Assembly: GCF_006345805.1 (NCBI RefSeq)
Contig: NC_042998.1
Location: 188,976,001-189,040,000, forward strand
From: Octopus sinensis
Lineage: Eukaryota
Length of the DNA stretch: 64,000 nucleotides
Reading direction: 5' to 3'
Below are positions 26,906 to 41,409 of the stretch, in pieces. A program made the position numbers and the translations under genes. The notes beneath the pieces are model-generated. The model ran no database searches. It saw only the letters and a list, made by a program, of their open reading frames with translations, and was not told where the DNA came from. Within the stretch, counting starts at the first letter, position 1; each line of letters starts with the position of its first letter.

Positions 26906-26984
26906 TTTCCTCTGAGGAAGGAGCTGGTTTCTAACAAAGATACAAAGCTCCATCGTTGGAATGTAGATAACAAAAACAACGTCA

Positions 26985-27330
26985 CACTTCAAATTTGAGA
27001 AAATTCTTGAATATCTTTAGTGCCCCGCTTACAGATTGTATTCGTTTTGTTTGAGTTAGTAGGTTGATTTCTTTATCTGAATATCCAAGCTCATACAGGC
27101 TATCAGTTAAGCATTTACTCACAAAATCAAGTGCAACAATAATTATTGGTATAAACGTAAATTTGTAATCTGGATATACAAGCTGGAGGTTTATATGAAT
27201 GTATGTATGTAGTATGTTCATTCAAGATCTCTAGGTCAGTTTGCTGAACTCTTGTGCAAGGGTTGTCGTACTTTGGCAAGAATCATTACCATACACTTTA
27301 TCATGCATCAGTTGGAAGTTATATTTGGAT
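26985..27330 (-). mobile_element. Decayed RLE-type LINE C-terminus, diverged relative of 7239-8027
   Basis: ORF track: LQLVYPDYKFTFIPIIIVALDFV..IQSVSGALKIFKNFLKF. Confidence 0.65.
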
Positions 27331-27500
27331 CATTTTAGGTTTTTGCATCCTGACAGTGAGAGATGAATTCTTTCTGCGCATGCTTTATCAACAATAAACA
27401 AAATGAGTATGCACTTTGAAGACAAAAGCTCTGCAATGCAAGTAAACTCGTAAGACCGTTGCGACCCGAAGAGCCATCATCATCAAATATACATAAATGT

Positions 27501-28030
<530 letters not shown>

Positions 28031-28240
28031 ATTACCATACACAGACATACGCTTATGCATATATATAGAGAGAGGGGGAGAGAGGGGGAGATAGATATAA
28101 TGCATAGATATAAATACATTTATGCATATTTGTGCGAGTGTCAGTGTGTGTATGTATGAGTGTATGTAAATTTTTTTTTTCATATAGTTTACGTAGAATT
28201 GCTCGAAAAAATACATTTTTTTCTTTTTTTTTCTTTTTTT

Positions 28241-28639
28241 CTTGTTTCAGTCATTTTGACTGCGGCCATGCTGGAGCACCGCCTTTAATCGAGCAACTCG
28301 ACCCCGGGACTTATTCTTTGTATGCCCAGTACTTATTCTATCGGTCTCTTTTGCCGAACCGCTAAGTGACGGGGACATAAAACACACCAGTATCGGTTGT
28401 CAAGCAATGCTAGGGGGACAAACACAGACACACACAACAACACACATAATATATATATACACACATATATACGACAGGCTTCTTTCAGTTTCCGTCTACC
28501 AAATCCACTCACAAGGCATTGGTTGGCCCGGGGCTATAGCAGAAGACACTTGCCCAAGATGCCACGCAGTGGGAATGAACCCGGAACCATGTGGTTGGTT
28601 AGCAAGCTACTTACCACACGGCCATTCCTGCGCCTATGT
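28241..28639 (-). mobile_element. SINE family A, full length (tRNA-like head, internal microsatellite, LINE-like tail)
   Basis: Reverse complement of 35659-36075. Confidence 0.85.
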
Positions 28640-29374
28640 GAATAAATGTCTATTGTTCAGACAAGTATCGATGCGATGCAAGCACAAAAAAAAAACTATA
28701 TACTGAGCACTCAGTACGTTCTGAATCGCCGTCTCTCACGATCATGACTCCTTTTCATACGAACCATAGCTGTGTGTATGCATATATACATACACACACA
28801 AATACAATGCTTGCTGACGAATCGTATATGTATAACTGAGTATACATATTCGATTTTGCGTATGTATATATTTGCTTGTGATTATTCGTATAAGTATAAT
28901 GTTTATTGTATGTGACTATCAGCATAAGCTAATGTGTACTATTGTGTGTGTTGTGTATGTGCGTGAACAGTTATAGCGTGAATATAAGTTCATATCGCAG
29001 ACATACATATTTGTAAATGTGCGCGCGAACGTAAGCTATTGTGTGCGCCGCTTGTGTACGCAAGCATGCTAATATTTCAAAGTATGTATCACAACGCAAT
29101 TGTATAAAATGTACTTACAATGGAAATGTATGATCGATACACTCTCTGACTTTCACACACTCTTCTCTCTCACACAACACACACTATCTCTCTCTCTCTC
29201 TCTCTTTCACACACACACAACACAAATATATACATACATATATACATGCATACTTAGATATATACTACATATATATATATATAATATATATATATATATA
29301 ATACATATATATATATATATATTATATATTATATATATTACATACATATATATATATATATATAATATATATAT

Positions 29375-29423
<49 letters not shown>

Positions 29424-29494
29424 TAACATATATATATATATATATATTATGTCTATATATATATACTTTATTCAAAAGAATTTTTTTAACGAAA

Positions 29495-29532
29495 CTGTCC
29501 GACGAACGGGAACGTGAAACTCCGAGTAACAG
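29495..29532 (+). ncRNA. Minimal type I hammerhead-like motif (CCGACGA core) in a ~170-bp element between (TA)n arrays
   Basis: CTGT CCGACGA AC GGGAAC GT GAA ACTC C GAGT A^ACAG: stem I CTGT/ACAG, stem III ACTC/GAGT, GUA triplet; AATAAA about 25 nt downstream. Confidence 0.6.
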
Positions 29533-29781
29533 CTTTGTTATATTTCTGCTGCTTTTAAATAAAGCATATTACTCTACCTCTGGTATTTGAGTACTCTTTT
29601 TCCCACCTTGTTTCACATTTATGTGCTTACTCCAGTATATATATATATATATATATATATATTGGTCCCAAACACGCTCAGTATATTGTTGAAAACAATA
29701 TTATTCGCCAGTTATTATTTAAAAGACTCCGTTCCAATGTGATTATACTAAGCGGCTTTGATGATAACTATGCAAATATGT

Positions 29782-29923
<142 letters not shown>

Positions 29924-30189
29924 TATATATAAGTAGGTATATTATATACGTGTGTGTGTTTGTGTGTGTGTGTGTGTGTGCGTGTTTGAAGGGGAGAGAG
30001 TTTATGTGGTTGGAGAATATGGGTGAGAGTGCGCGCACCTGAGTGTGAGTGTATTGCAAATGTTGATAAGTGTTGAAATTTAAAAAAGTGTAATTAGTGA
30101 GAAAGTATTCAGGAAAATGCGATCGATCAGATCAGACCTGCAGGCGCAGACCTCCACCGCCACATCCACCGTCACTACCACAACCACTA

Positions 30190-30540
30190 TCACCACTACT
30201 ACCACCATCACCACCAACACTAACACCACCAACCGCCTTATCTACCACTACCACCATCTCTATTAATTGCCCCCCCACCATCATATTCCTTATTCACCAC
30301 CACCACCACCACCACTACAACTATAACCACAAATCCCCCCAAACCACCACCGCCACTATCACCACTACTACCACCAACACCAACACCACCAACGCCACAT
30401 CTCCCACAAACCGCCTTATCCACCACTACCACCATCTCTATTAATTGCCCCACCATCACATTCCTTATCCACCACCACCACCACCACCACCACCACTACA
30501 ACTATAACCACAAACCCCGCCAAACCACCACCGCCACTAA
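30190..30540. repeat. Imperfect tandem duplication of C-rich (ACC)n-containing sequence
   Basis: ccgccttatc.accactaccaccatctctattaattgcccc occurs at ~30232 and ~30411. Confidence 0.7.
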
Positions 30541-31892
30541 AACACTCCATCTCTCTCCATTACATTCAAACCATTTAACATTATAAAACTCCAAAACTAA
30601 CAAGTCTGCTCCACAAAGCCTTTATCCAACATCAACCCCTGCCCAATACCATTACGATGACCACTACCACCACTAACCACCACCGTAACAACTACCACTG
30701 ACCCACCACCACCACCACCACCACCACCACCATCACCACCATCACCACCATCACCACCATCATCATCGTCATCGTTATAACTAAGTCTAAGGTCTGCAAC
30801 CACACTCTTCGTTATCTCCACCACAACTACTACAACTACTACTACTACTACTACTACTACTCCGACTACCACCATGCCACCACCACCACCACAATCACCA
30901 CTACTGCTACGGCCACCAACACCACCGCCACAACCACCACAACGACTACTATTACTGCTATTACTACTACTACTACTACTACTTTTACTACGATGACGAC
31001 CACCACTACCACCACTACTACTGCCTTCTCTGTTATTATCCCTCCCCATACCCTCTACTACAACCACCATAACACTCATCACTAATACCAATATTACTAC
31101 TACTACTACTACTACTATAACTACTATTACTACCACCGCTATCACCACCACCACTAGTACTATTGCTACCACTACCACTACTGCTGTCGCTATTACTAAT
31201 TCTATCGCATTATTACCACTACTACTACTACTACTACCACTAGCTATCAACATCACTATTACAGCTACTACTACCACCAACTTTGAAAAAGAACAGTCAA
31301 GTGTATGACGTATGGGAGGAGAAAGGGCTATAACACTCATACAGGAAGACCCAATAGCTGTGTCAGCGGCGGCGGTGGTGGTCGTGGTGGTCGTGGTATC
31401 GGCGGCGGCGGCGGCAGTGGTGATGCTGGTGCTGGCAACAGTCGAAATATTACTTAAGCATTGGTCAGATGGTTGACTGAATGGCTAACTGTTTGTGAGG
31501 TGTTATGGGAAGTAATGGACGTTGTAGAAGCCATGATGGAGTTGGTTAAAGTTTGGCGGGTAGTTGTTGTTGTTGTTGTTGTCACAATGCTACCGGAGTT
31601 TACAGAAAGCGATAAGTACAAAGAAGCTGTAGTGGTGGTCATGTTAAATACTGAAAGTAGGAAGAGGAAGTGGTCGTGGTTCTGCAAGTAGCGTGGTGGA
31701 AGTGATGAACGTAGAGGGATATTTTTTTATTAATATTGTTTAACTCCAGGTCAGCTCTGATCAAGCAGGGTTAAGATCAAAATGTTCCAACCATGACCCT
31801 CTAATTTTAGTTTCAAGTCCAATAAAGAAATCATTTTTGTTGTTGATGTTGTCGTCGTTGTTGTTGTTGTTCTCTTCTTCTTCTTCTTCTTC

Positions 31893-31942
<50 letters not shown>

Positions 31943-32049
31943 AATAATAATAATAATAATAATATTTTTGTTGTGTTGTTGTTTTGTTGTTGTTGTTGTT
32001 GTTATTTATTGCCTATGGAACCATAAGGGACCGATCAAATGCTTGTTTC

Positions 32050-33465
32050 TCACCTTACGGAGCAGAATTTTAAAGAATGAAAAAAAATTCAAAATGGCGT
32101 TGTCTTATCGCCCAGTAAATAAACGAGGTTGATGTTGGTGAGAGGAGGTTTTGAAGGTGAAGCAGTCTTTCGCAGTCATTTTCTACCTTACCATAATACA
32201 GACATGTTTGTAATTAAAACTGACCGTAGTAAGAGTGAAAACACGGCAAAAAGTATTTGTTTTGTCAGGATCACAAACGTTTTCAGTCTCTTATCACCAG
32301 ACAATAAGCATGAACATTTAGAAGAGGCAGAGAAATACGTCAACAGACCAGAACAAAGAAAAGCCACGTTCGATATATTGCAACACATTTTAAAACAAAA
32401 GAAAAGAAAAACAATTCAGTATAGACGCTTATCGATGGAAAGACACAAAATAGAGTGTATACCTTTAGACGAAGCTGAATTTTGTTTAAGGAACATATGA
32501 GAAGAAATCAGTTTTGTAGGACATACCAATAAATTAGGATATGTCCGAATTACTTGCCGCTCAGAAATCCTAACCAAAAAGCTTTCTACCGTCCCACAGA
32601 GAACTAAAAATTTCACAAAGATACAGATTTACTTGGAACGAAGAGCGATTCTAGTAAATATCTCGAATATACAACCAGGACTAGATTCCCGATGAATGGT
32701 GAAGTGTGTAGTTTTGGAATATATTATCACGCTTCTAGAAAAACATTCCGAAAAGAAAGTTGGAATGCGACTGGAAAGTTTGATTCGATGAAACTAGAAA
32801 TACTAGACAAAATCCCCGAGTTAGTAGAGATCCCAGGAGGGCAGCATCTGTGGTATGAAAGGATAGGAGACCTCGATGTTACAGCTGAAGAAATACTTAT
32901 CACTTCAAGGCTTTTTTCAACCAACAACAACAGAAATAGACAGCTGAAAGAAGGCCTCTATTACTGCTAACACCACAACTTAAACACCGCCAACAACAGA
33001 AGCAACCACAGCAACAGTACTTGCAGTACCAGGTATACGATTGGAAGCAGCACCAACAACAGCAAAAGTAGCAACAACACGAAGAGTGGAAACAACAGCA
33101 ACAAAAACAGCAAAAGAAACACCGCCTTCAAGAGCCACGACATGACTACCAACGACAGCAATTGAAAGCCTCAAACAACAACAACAAAACGATAAGACGA
33201 TACTCCCGAGTTATGCCTCTCCATGCTTGGGACCACTCAAACTGATCGTGTGGCGAAAGTGACGGTGAGGTGCCTAAATGGCAAAAGGTTACCAATGCAA
33301 TGAAAAGATAAAGAAACAAAAGCACATCAGCACAAAAAGCTGGCAAATGAGGAAGTTGCTTTCAAGCAACGATTCACCAACACCCAACCTCAACAGCTGT
33401 ACTGCAATACCAGTACTATCAAGGAAACCAGTACTATCAACATCAACATCTCCATCACTACCTAT
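32050..33465 (+). mobile_element. Decayed 5' region/ORF1 of a second Tx1-like family; no ORF2
   Basis: KRKTIQYR..AEFCLRNI..TNKLGYVRI..KKLST and DKIPELVEIPGG..RRPRCYS*RNTYHFKAF align with the reconstructed ORF1 of the full element (KTIIYK..IDKCLRPV..GNKFGTVQV..KRFST; EKIPTAIELPGG..RRPRCYLCGSETHLKKTC). Confidence 0.7.
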
Positions 33466-33875
33466 TTCTTTACTACCCACAAAGGGCTAAACATAGAGAG
33501 GACAAACAAGGACAGACAAACGGATTAAGTCGATTACATCGACCCCATTGCGTAACGGGTACTTAATTTATCGACCCCGAAAAGATGAAAGATAAAGTCG
33601 ACCTCGGCAGAATTTGAACTCAGAACGTAACGGCAGACGAAATACCTATTTCTTTATTACCCACAAGGGGTTAAACGTAGAGGGGACAAACAAAGACAGA
33701 CAAAGGTATTAAGTCGGTTACATTGACCCCAGTGCGTAACGGGTACTTAATTTATCGACCCCGAAAGGATGAAAGGCAAAGTCGACCTCGGCGGAATTTG
33801 AACTCAGAACGTAACGGCAGACGAAATACCGCTAAGCATTTCGCCCGGCGTGCTAACGTTTCTGCCATTTCGTCG
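33465..33875 (-). mobile_element. Two head-to-tail SINE family D copies (one full, one 5'-truncated)
   Basis: Both match the reverse complement of 46612-46845. Confidence 0.85.
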
Positions 33876-34400
33876 TCTTTATCCCCATCACTTTATCCCC
33901 GTCTTTATCCCCATCACTACCATTATCATTATAAGTACAACTTAATTCACAAACACACTGAATTGTGTGTTTGTGAATTAAGTCAGTTCACATACTCTAC
34001 CACGAACAAACACGAAATAATTGACTACACGGCCATAAATACAAGCAGTGAAGAACTAATGAATCACATACATCAACATACAAGAATCACGAACAATAAT
34101 TACATTACATTAACCAAAGGCATTCCAGTACACATAAAGATCATCCAAATATCACAATACACATGCAGTATCTTAAAGAACAAATAACCCAGAAGAGTAG
34201 GAAACTTCAGGTGGAAATATAACCAAAAGGCTATATAAAGAATCTTTTGAGGAAACCCACAACCATCCGGAAGACGGAATACCGGCTCGTAATTTTTTTT
34301 TTCATGTATGGGTATATGTTTATTTAATTGTATTATGTATGTATGTATGCATGCATGCATGCATGCGTATATGTATGTATGATGTATGTATGTATGCATG

Positions 34401-35027
34401 CATGGTCGGGTCGTCGGCGACTAAACCGGCAACCCCACCAAGCTTGCTTGGTGAGGAGGTGTTTATTGGACCCTGCGGGATGAAAAACAAAACCGTCAAA
34501 GGGTGGAGGAACTCTTGAGAGTCAACGGCCATCATATAAATGTCTTAAGGATGTATCATGCGCGAGGGACATAGAAATATATCGGACCTGAATACCCGAT
34601 CGCGGGGTTAAACCATTGGGAGTGAAGGACTCCTAGCCTTTGTTAGGGCATCCTTCTAGGAGAAGGTAACTCAGGTAATTGGGATAACTCCGACATAAAA
34701 CTTGCGGCTCAGTGGTTACCGATGATGTTGACTTGTTCTTCTTTTCGGATTATGGCTGCTGTTGCTTAGTGAGTGGGATTGACTCAGTGCACAGCCTTTC
34801 CTCACTTTAAAGAAAAAACCTTCTTGCACAGGCATTGCATGATAACAACATTGATTGATTGATTAAATTGATTAACTAATTCATGATTGTTGATGGCGCT
34901 GTGAGTCTCAACTGAATGGCTGGCTGTAGCCTTAAAAAGCAAAAAAATAGAAGTCACATTCGATCACAGCACCAGTAATAGTTAAGCTTCGTGCACTGGT
35001 CATACTCGATAACGAGGGGGCAGCCAT
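34401..35027 (+). mobile_element. Non-autonomous bipartite RTE-derived element in a (TGTA)n array
   Basis: ggcatccttctaggagaaggtaactc..cgacataaaac resembles the RTE 5' UTR motif; ends ggtcatactcgataacgagggggcagccat plus (TGTA)n, an RTE-type 3' end; second copy at 57951-58622. Confidence 0.6.
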
Positions 35028-35094
35028 AATAATGTATGTATGTATGTATTTATGTATGTATGTATGTATGCATGCATGCATGTATGTATGTAAA

Positions 35095-35439
35095 AAGGGG
35101 TAAAGACCCCCTTCGGTCATGAATGACCATGGGATTGCACCTAGAAAGTTACCCTCCTAGACACAAGTCCGGGCAAGGTTGTTTATGGAAGACCAGCAGT
35201 CGCCCATGCATACCAGCCTCCCCTCACCACGCCACCAGTCTTATCCAAAGGAAAGACAAAAGTCGATACAGCTTGGCACCAGTGACGTCGCAACTCATTT
35301 CTACAGCTGAGTGAACTGGAACAACGTGAAATAAAGTGCCTTGCTCAAGAACACAATACGCAGCCCGGACCGGGATTCGAGCTCACAACCTCACGATCGT
35401 AAGCTCGACGCTCTAACCACTGAGCCATGCGCCTTCACA
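35095..35439 (-). mobile_element. SINE family C, full length
   Basis: Head ggcgcatggctcagtggttagagcg (A box)..gctcgaatccc (B box), then cttgagcaaggcac central-domain-like sequence. Confidence 0.85.
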
Positions 35440-35658
35440 CATGTATGTATGTATGTATGTATGTATGTATGTATGTATGTATGTATGTATGTGTAGCAAA
35501 ATTATCCTTCTCTTAATGGTTGAATCAACCATAAAGACTGTGCATGGTATCCTTTTCTATGGTAGAATGTGGAGGTACCTTACATCGTAGGCATAAAATA
35601 TCCAATTTGAGAGTTAAAATAGAATGGTCAACATCATTTTTGTTTCTATTTTTCAACT

Positions 35659-35834
35659 ACATAGGCGCAGGAGTGGCTGTGTGGTAAGTAGCTTGCTAAC
35701 CAACCACATGGTTCCGGGTTCAGTCCCACTGCGTGGCATCTTGGGCAAGTGTCTTCTGCTATGGCCCCGGGCCGACCAATGCCTTGTGAGTGGATTTGGT
35801 AGACGGAAACTGAAAGAAGCCTGTCGTATATATG

Positions 35835-35873
<39 letters not shown>

Positions 35874-36075
35874 CTGTGTTTGTCCCCCTAGCATTGCTTG
35901 ACAACCGATGCTGGTGTGTTTACGTCCCCGTCACTTAGCGGTTCGGCAAAAGAGACCGATAGAATAAGTACTGGGCTCACAAAGAATAAGTCCCGGGGTC
36001 GATTTGCTCGACTAAAGGCGGTGCTCCAGCATGGTCGTAGTCAAATGACTGAAACAAGTAAAAGAGTAAAGAGTA
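35659..36075 (+). mobile_element. SINE family A, full length
   Basis: tggctgtgtggtaag (A box), gggttcagtccc (B box), cttgggcaagtg, internal (TA)/(TG), 3' stem-loop tail. Confidence 0.85.
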
Positions 36076-36769
36076 TATTTTTGTTTTTACTGTTAGCTTG
36101 TCGTTGTTTTTATTATTTAAATCTATAAACATTTTTCTTACTCGAGCAAATTAACAATCTACTATATTTACATAGTAATTCTTTCCTTACTGATTTGGTT
36201 AGTAATGTGAAGAAAAGGTTTTGCATAAGAAATCGGAATAAAACCAAAATATGCTCGCAGCTGTCATCTATGCTTGTTGCAAATAACATCAATCGTTAGC
36301 TTAATTTTTTTTTCCCCTTCCCTCATAGATTTTTTTAAGCTGTTTTAAACGAACCAGGCATTAAATATCTTAAGACAAACATAATTTTTCAGTCATCTGA
36401 TTTGCTAGTCTGTGTAGCATTGTATCAAAATATCAGTCTTTCAGTCTGTCCGAGTGTATCTATGTTTATCCATCTTTTTCATCTGATCCATATTATCTAT
36501 TGTATAGAATCACTTTAATTGGGGGGCAAACTTGCGGTGGTCTACATCACTAAAACAAGTAACATTTTGTCATCTAACAGTGTAATTTAACAGAGGGTAA
36601 GATAAACTGAAAGACAGAGAAGACAGCCTGACCCACTTACGTTGTTTAATAATGTTTACAACAGATAGACAGATAAAGAGACATACAGACAGATATTTAT
36701 ACATTTAAGTATATGCATATATATATGTATATATGTATACACTTGCATATATATATATATATATATAAT

Positions 36770-37040
36770 TCATCGTTAGTCGAAAGACACCTGTTGTTAT
36801 GTCCTGTTATGTAACATTCTCCGTTTTTTTTCCGTCCTTGTTTTCGTATACATTTGCTGCTTTCTTCCAAGGAATCTAATGCTCTTAACTTAGTTTTTCC
36901 TTGGGGCTGGCCGGATTGGAGCAATCTCGAGTATAACCAGCCGAAATTGCAAAGATAATCTGGGACTCGACTGACGAAAGAAAATTCCGAATGACCCATC
37001 CTTGTTTTCTTTGTATCATCTATCTGAATGTTTTCTTGTC
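36770..37040 (+). mobile_element. (TA)n-flanked element homologous to the 17.7-18.9 kb repeat unit
   Basis: tttcttccaaggaatctaatgc..ggagcaatctcgag..cagccgaaattgc aligns with the reverse complement of 17760-17990. Confidence 0.65.
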
Positions 37041-37346
37041 CCCTTTTTATATATACACACACATATATATATATATATATAAGTAATATTCGTAGCCACT
37101 TCAACATGGCTGTCCGTTCAAGCGGACTCTACTGCCATTTTTTAACCTCAAGAGGAATCTCCTCTAGAACATCGTTAACCAGCAAGAGAAGATGTCCTCC
37201 TGGGGTTAAACAATAGCAATAGAGTCCTCTCGAACGAACAGTCATGTTAAAGTGGCTACGAATATAACTTGTCAGTATAACTACTGCGTTGATCACTTAG
37301 ATTTTTAAACTAGCATTTTTGCTTGTTATATACAACACACACACAC

Positions 37347-37408
<62 letters not shown>

Positions 37409-37567
37409 TTATATATATATATAATATATATATATATATTATATATATAACGGTGTTGCATTCAAAGCAATGAATAGTTGTATTCAAAGCAATGATTAGT
37501 AACTTATGAACCGGTATTTGAATCCCTTAACAATTCACAATAATGACTTTTATTACTTTTATTCCTG

Positions 37568-37780
37568 GCTTTCTCCGTCCGGGTTGCGGATCCGTAGAAT
37601 AAGCTGCCGGACGAGATGGTGAAGATGCCGACGACCGCTCGGTTCAAAGTCTCCCTTGACCACAAGTGGCCTGAACTCTTTGCATGAACACCACCCTGTA
37701 CATAACTCCATGTCCCCCTACATGGCCTTGCTTTTTTGCTTTTTGGGCCCAAAAATTAACTAACTAACTAACCTCAGTTC
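37568..37780 (+). mobile_element. CR1-clade LINE 3' terminus
   Basis: AFSVRVADP*NKLPDEMVKMPTTARFKVSLDHKWPELFA*, then a short UTR and a (TAAC)n tail. Confidence 0.75.
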
Positions 37781-37925
37781 ATCTAATGGTATATATCTTT
37801 CGTTACTTTTCATAAAAAGCCTTTACTTCTTTTTATTTACAATGTGCATTTTCGTTTATTTTTCTTACTTTCCCCTTACATTACCGAGTGTAGTTTCTAT
37901 TTTCTTTTTGTAACATATTTCTATC

Positions 37926-37956
<31 letters not shown>

Positions 37957-39409
37957 GTGTGTGTGTGTGTGTGTACTTGACTTCATAAATCGTATTTCAG
38001 CAAGCCCGAAATATTATCTGTCCGTATTTACGCCAGTCTTTTGGTCAGCTTGCCAGTTAGTCTAACTGCCAACCTAGCATATTCTTTGTTTGCCTGTATA
38101 CTTTTAAGTCAAAGAGTCGACGATTTCCTATCAGTTTGTCTTATTAGTCAACATTGCTTCTCTTAGGAAACTTTTCTTTCTATCAGTTTGTAATACTGGT
38201 CCCGATTAAGACAAACAAAATACTATATTGACCATTACAAGCAGAATTAGTTTGTTGCATTGGAAAAAAAAATGGACGAACATAAATATAAAAGATTTAA
38301 CATAAATATAAAAGAGCAGGTATGTTCTTTCACATGTGTTGCTGAAAGCGTATCTGCTAATTCGTCGTCTATCTTCATTGTGTGTTTATGAACATGCACT
38401 TGAAACTGTAGGCACACAAGCACAGAAGCTGTTGAATAGGAAAGCCATGATGAACAGATAAATGTTCCGATAAATGGCGGAGGAAAAAAAAACATGACAG
38501 CCATACACAATGATAAATCGAGAAAGTGCGAGCTGGATCATTTGTATGTCTTCGTGTGCTCAAGTAAACAGTCGTATTTATGAATACTTATATACGTGCA
38601 CGCACGCACGCACACACACACACACACACATACACAACACACACACACAGAGACACACACAAACACACATACACACACACACACACACACATATGCGTAT
38701 ATGCGTGTGCATCCATATATGTATCTATTATATTTGAATGTATATATGTATGTCAGCGTGTGAATTCATGCTTTATCAGTCGAGGAGTGAGTGGATGTAA
38801 ATGTAAGCATGTATATGTTAGCTGAATCAGCGAAGTACACGCATTGAGGTGTTTAAGAACTATTCAAAAAATAAAAACAGAAAGAAAAACAACCATTATA
38901 AGTTAACAGCGTCACATAGTTTGTTTTTTTTTTAAATAATTAAATTAAATAAAGAAAAATTACAACGAGAATGTCGGATGTATAAGATTTGACGAATGAC
39001 AGCGAATAAGTTTGAAAAATGCATCTAAGGTTTCCTTCAAACTGACACCACCTCCCACACAAACACGTGCAGCGCTATAAAACCTGCTCAACCTACACAC
39101 ATAGGCCACGCTTATAAACCATTCTCAATTATTTCAGTTGAGAACAATTAGTGTGGGTTGTACGTTTTACTTGGATGTAGTTGAATGGCTGGATCTGTGA
39201 AGCTGTGTAGGTGGTTAATTCATGTGTAGATATCTAAGTAGCCTGGATTCAATTGTTAGAATCTCGTCCATTGTCTGTCCGAATATTACAGTAACGGAGG
39301 CTACTGATACAATTTCCGAAGTGGCATCTGTGCATGTTGGTATACGTGCTCATGAATGCATTCAAGTATCTATGTATCTACGCATCTGTGTATGCATATA
39401 TGTGTGACA

Positions 39410-39610
39410 GAATATATATATATATGTATATATATATATGTATATATTCTATATATGTATATATACATATATGTATATATACTATCTGTATAATATACAT
39501 ATATATATGTAAATATATATGTATATATATGTATATATATATATCTATATATATGTGTATATCTACTATACATAATATATATATGTCAATATCTATGTAT
39601 CTATATGTAT

Positions 39611-39642
<32 letters not shown>

Positions 39643-39860
39643 TTACATATATATTTACATCTATATATATGTATATATATATGCATATATATATATACAC
39701 ATATATATATATACATAAATATATATACATATATATATGTATATATATTGCATATATATACATAATATAGGCATATATATATATATAATATATATCGCTA
39801 TCTCTATATATATATATATATATCTATATATATATATATTATATATATATATATACATGA
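39410..39860. repeat. Degenerate (TA)n array
   Basis: Direct reading. Confidence 0.9.
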
Positions 39861-40791
39861 TATAGGCACGCGTGAATGCATACATTCATGCGTGCCTATG
39901 TACGTACAAACATACATACGTACATGAGTGCATGTGTTTGTGTGAGAGTGTGTGAACTTGAAGTATCTGTATGACTGTGTTCGGCGGATCTGATGTGCAA
40001 CTAGCTGCTGGTAAGCTGGAGGGTGTATTTGTGTGAGTGGAGTGTGCAAAGGAGTATTGGTTTCAAGACGGCATGTGTAGATGGTGAAGAGGATGTTGCA
40101 CGAAGAAATATCATATAAATGTGGAGTAGAATTTCAGAGTAAAGTACAACGAAGACAAGCGATCGCTTATTCAGCAAAGATTGTTTAATTAGAGAAAATT
40201 GTGCGGATTAATACAGAGACAAGTGAGGATGGGAATATTTTGTAATGAAGCGGAGAGAAAAAAATATGACAGGTAAATGGAAAGGAGAGAAAGGAGGGGG
40301 ATGAGGGAAAATGGTAGAGAAAGAAAAGAGAGTGTGTGAAGGAAAATGGCGGAGAAAGAAAAGAGAGTGTGTGAGGGATAAAAACACAAAGACAACAGAG
40401 AAAGGAAAAGGATGAAACACGTATATAAAGAAGGGCACAAGGACAAAATAAGTGATTAAAAGACAGAGTAAGAGGGGTTTGAAGAAAAAGAGAAAGATGG
40501 GAAAGAATAGTGAGAGAGAGAGAAAGAGAGAGAGAGAGAAGGAGAGAAAGACAGCGAGAAAGATAAAACAATGAATTAACAGCAAGAGAAATTATCAAGA
40601 ATTATGGAGTGCAGCTGTAACAACAACAACAACAACAACAACAATGGTGATAACAGCAACAACAGTGATGACAAAATCGCAGAAAGTGGAGAAGAAATAA
40701 TGGGGAAAATGTCATCAGCAACAGTAACATTGCCCGCCTACCAACATCTATAGCACTAATTATTATTGTTGTTGTTGTTGTCATTATTATA

Positions 40792-40878
<87 letters not shown>

Positions 40879-41046
40879 ATTACCATCATCATTATCATTG
40901 GTTTCATGATGATGACGATGATGATGAATATACTTCGATAAGGCTACGAAAGGAAGCCATTTTATTAATTCACATATAACACCGGCAGAGATAAGAAAGC
41001 ATATTGAATTTTATACATACATACATGTATATATATATATTATATA

Positions 41047-41081
<35 letters not shown>

Positions 41082-41157
41082 TGTATGTATGTATGTATGT
41101 ATGCATGCGTGTATGTATGCATGCATGTATATATGTATGTGAATATGTGTATGCATG

Positions 41158-41190
<33 letters not shown>

Positions 41191-41348
41191 CATACGTATA
41201 TACATACATACATACTTATATACATACATACATACATACGTGTGCGTGTGCGTGTGTGTGTGAACGTATTTGTGAACGTATGTATGAATGTATATACGAT
41301 ATATATATATATACACTATATATATATATATATTATATATATATTATA

Positions 41349-41409
<61 letters not shown>

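Noticed and set aside
30097-31340. Poly-Pro/Thr/Val/Gly ORFs here and at 12.6-13.7 and 60.2-60.6 kb
   Set aside because: Degenerate triplet repeats (ACC, ACT, CAT); no domain or splice evidence.
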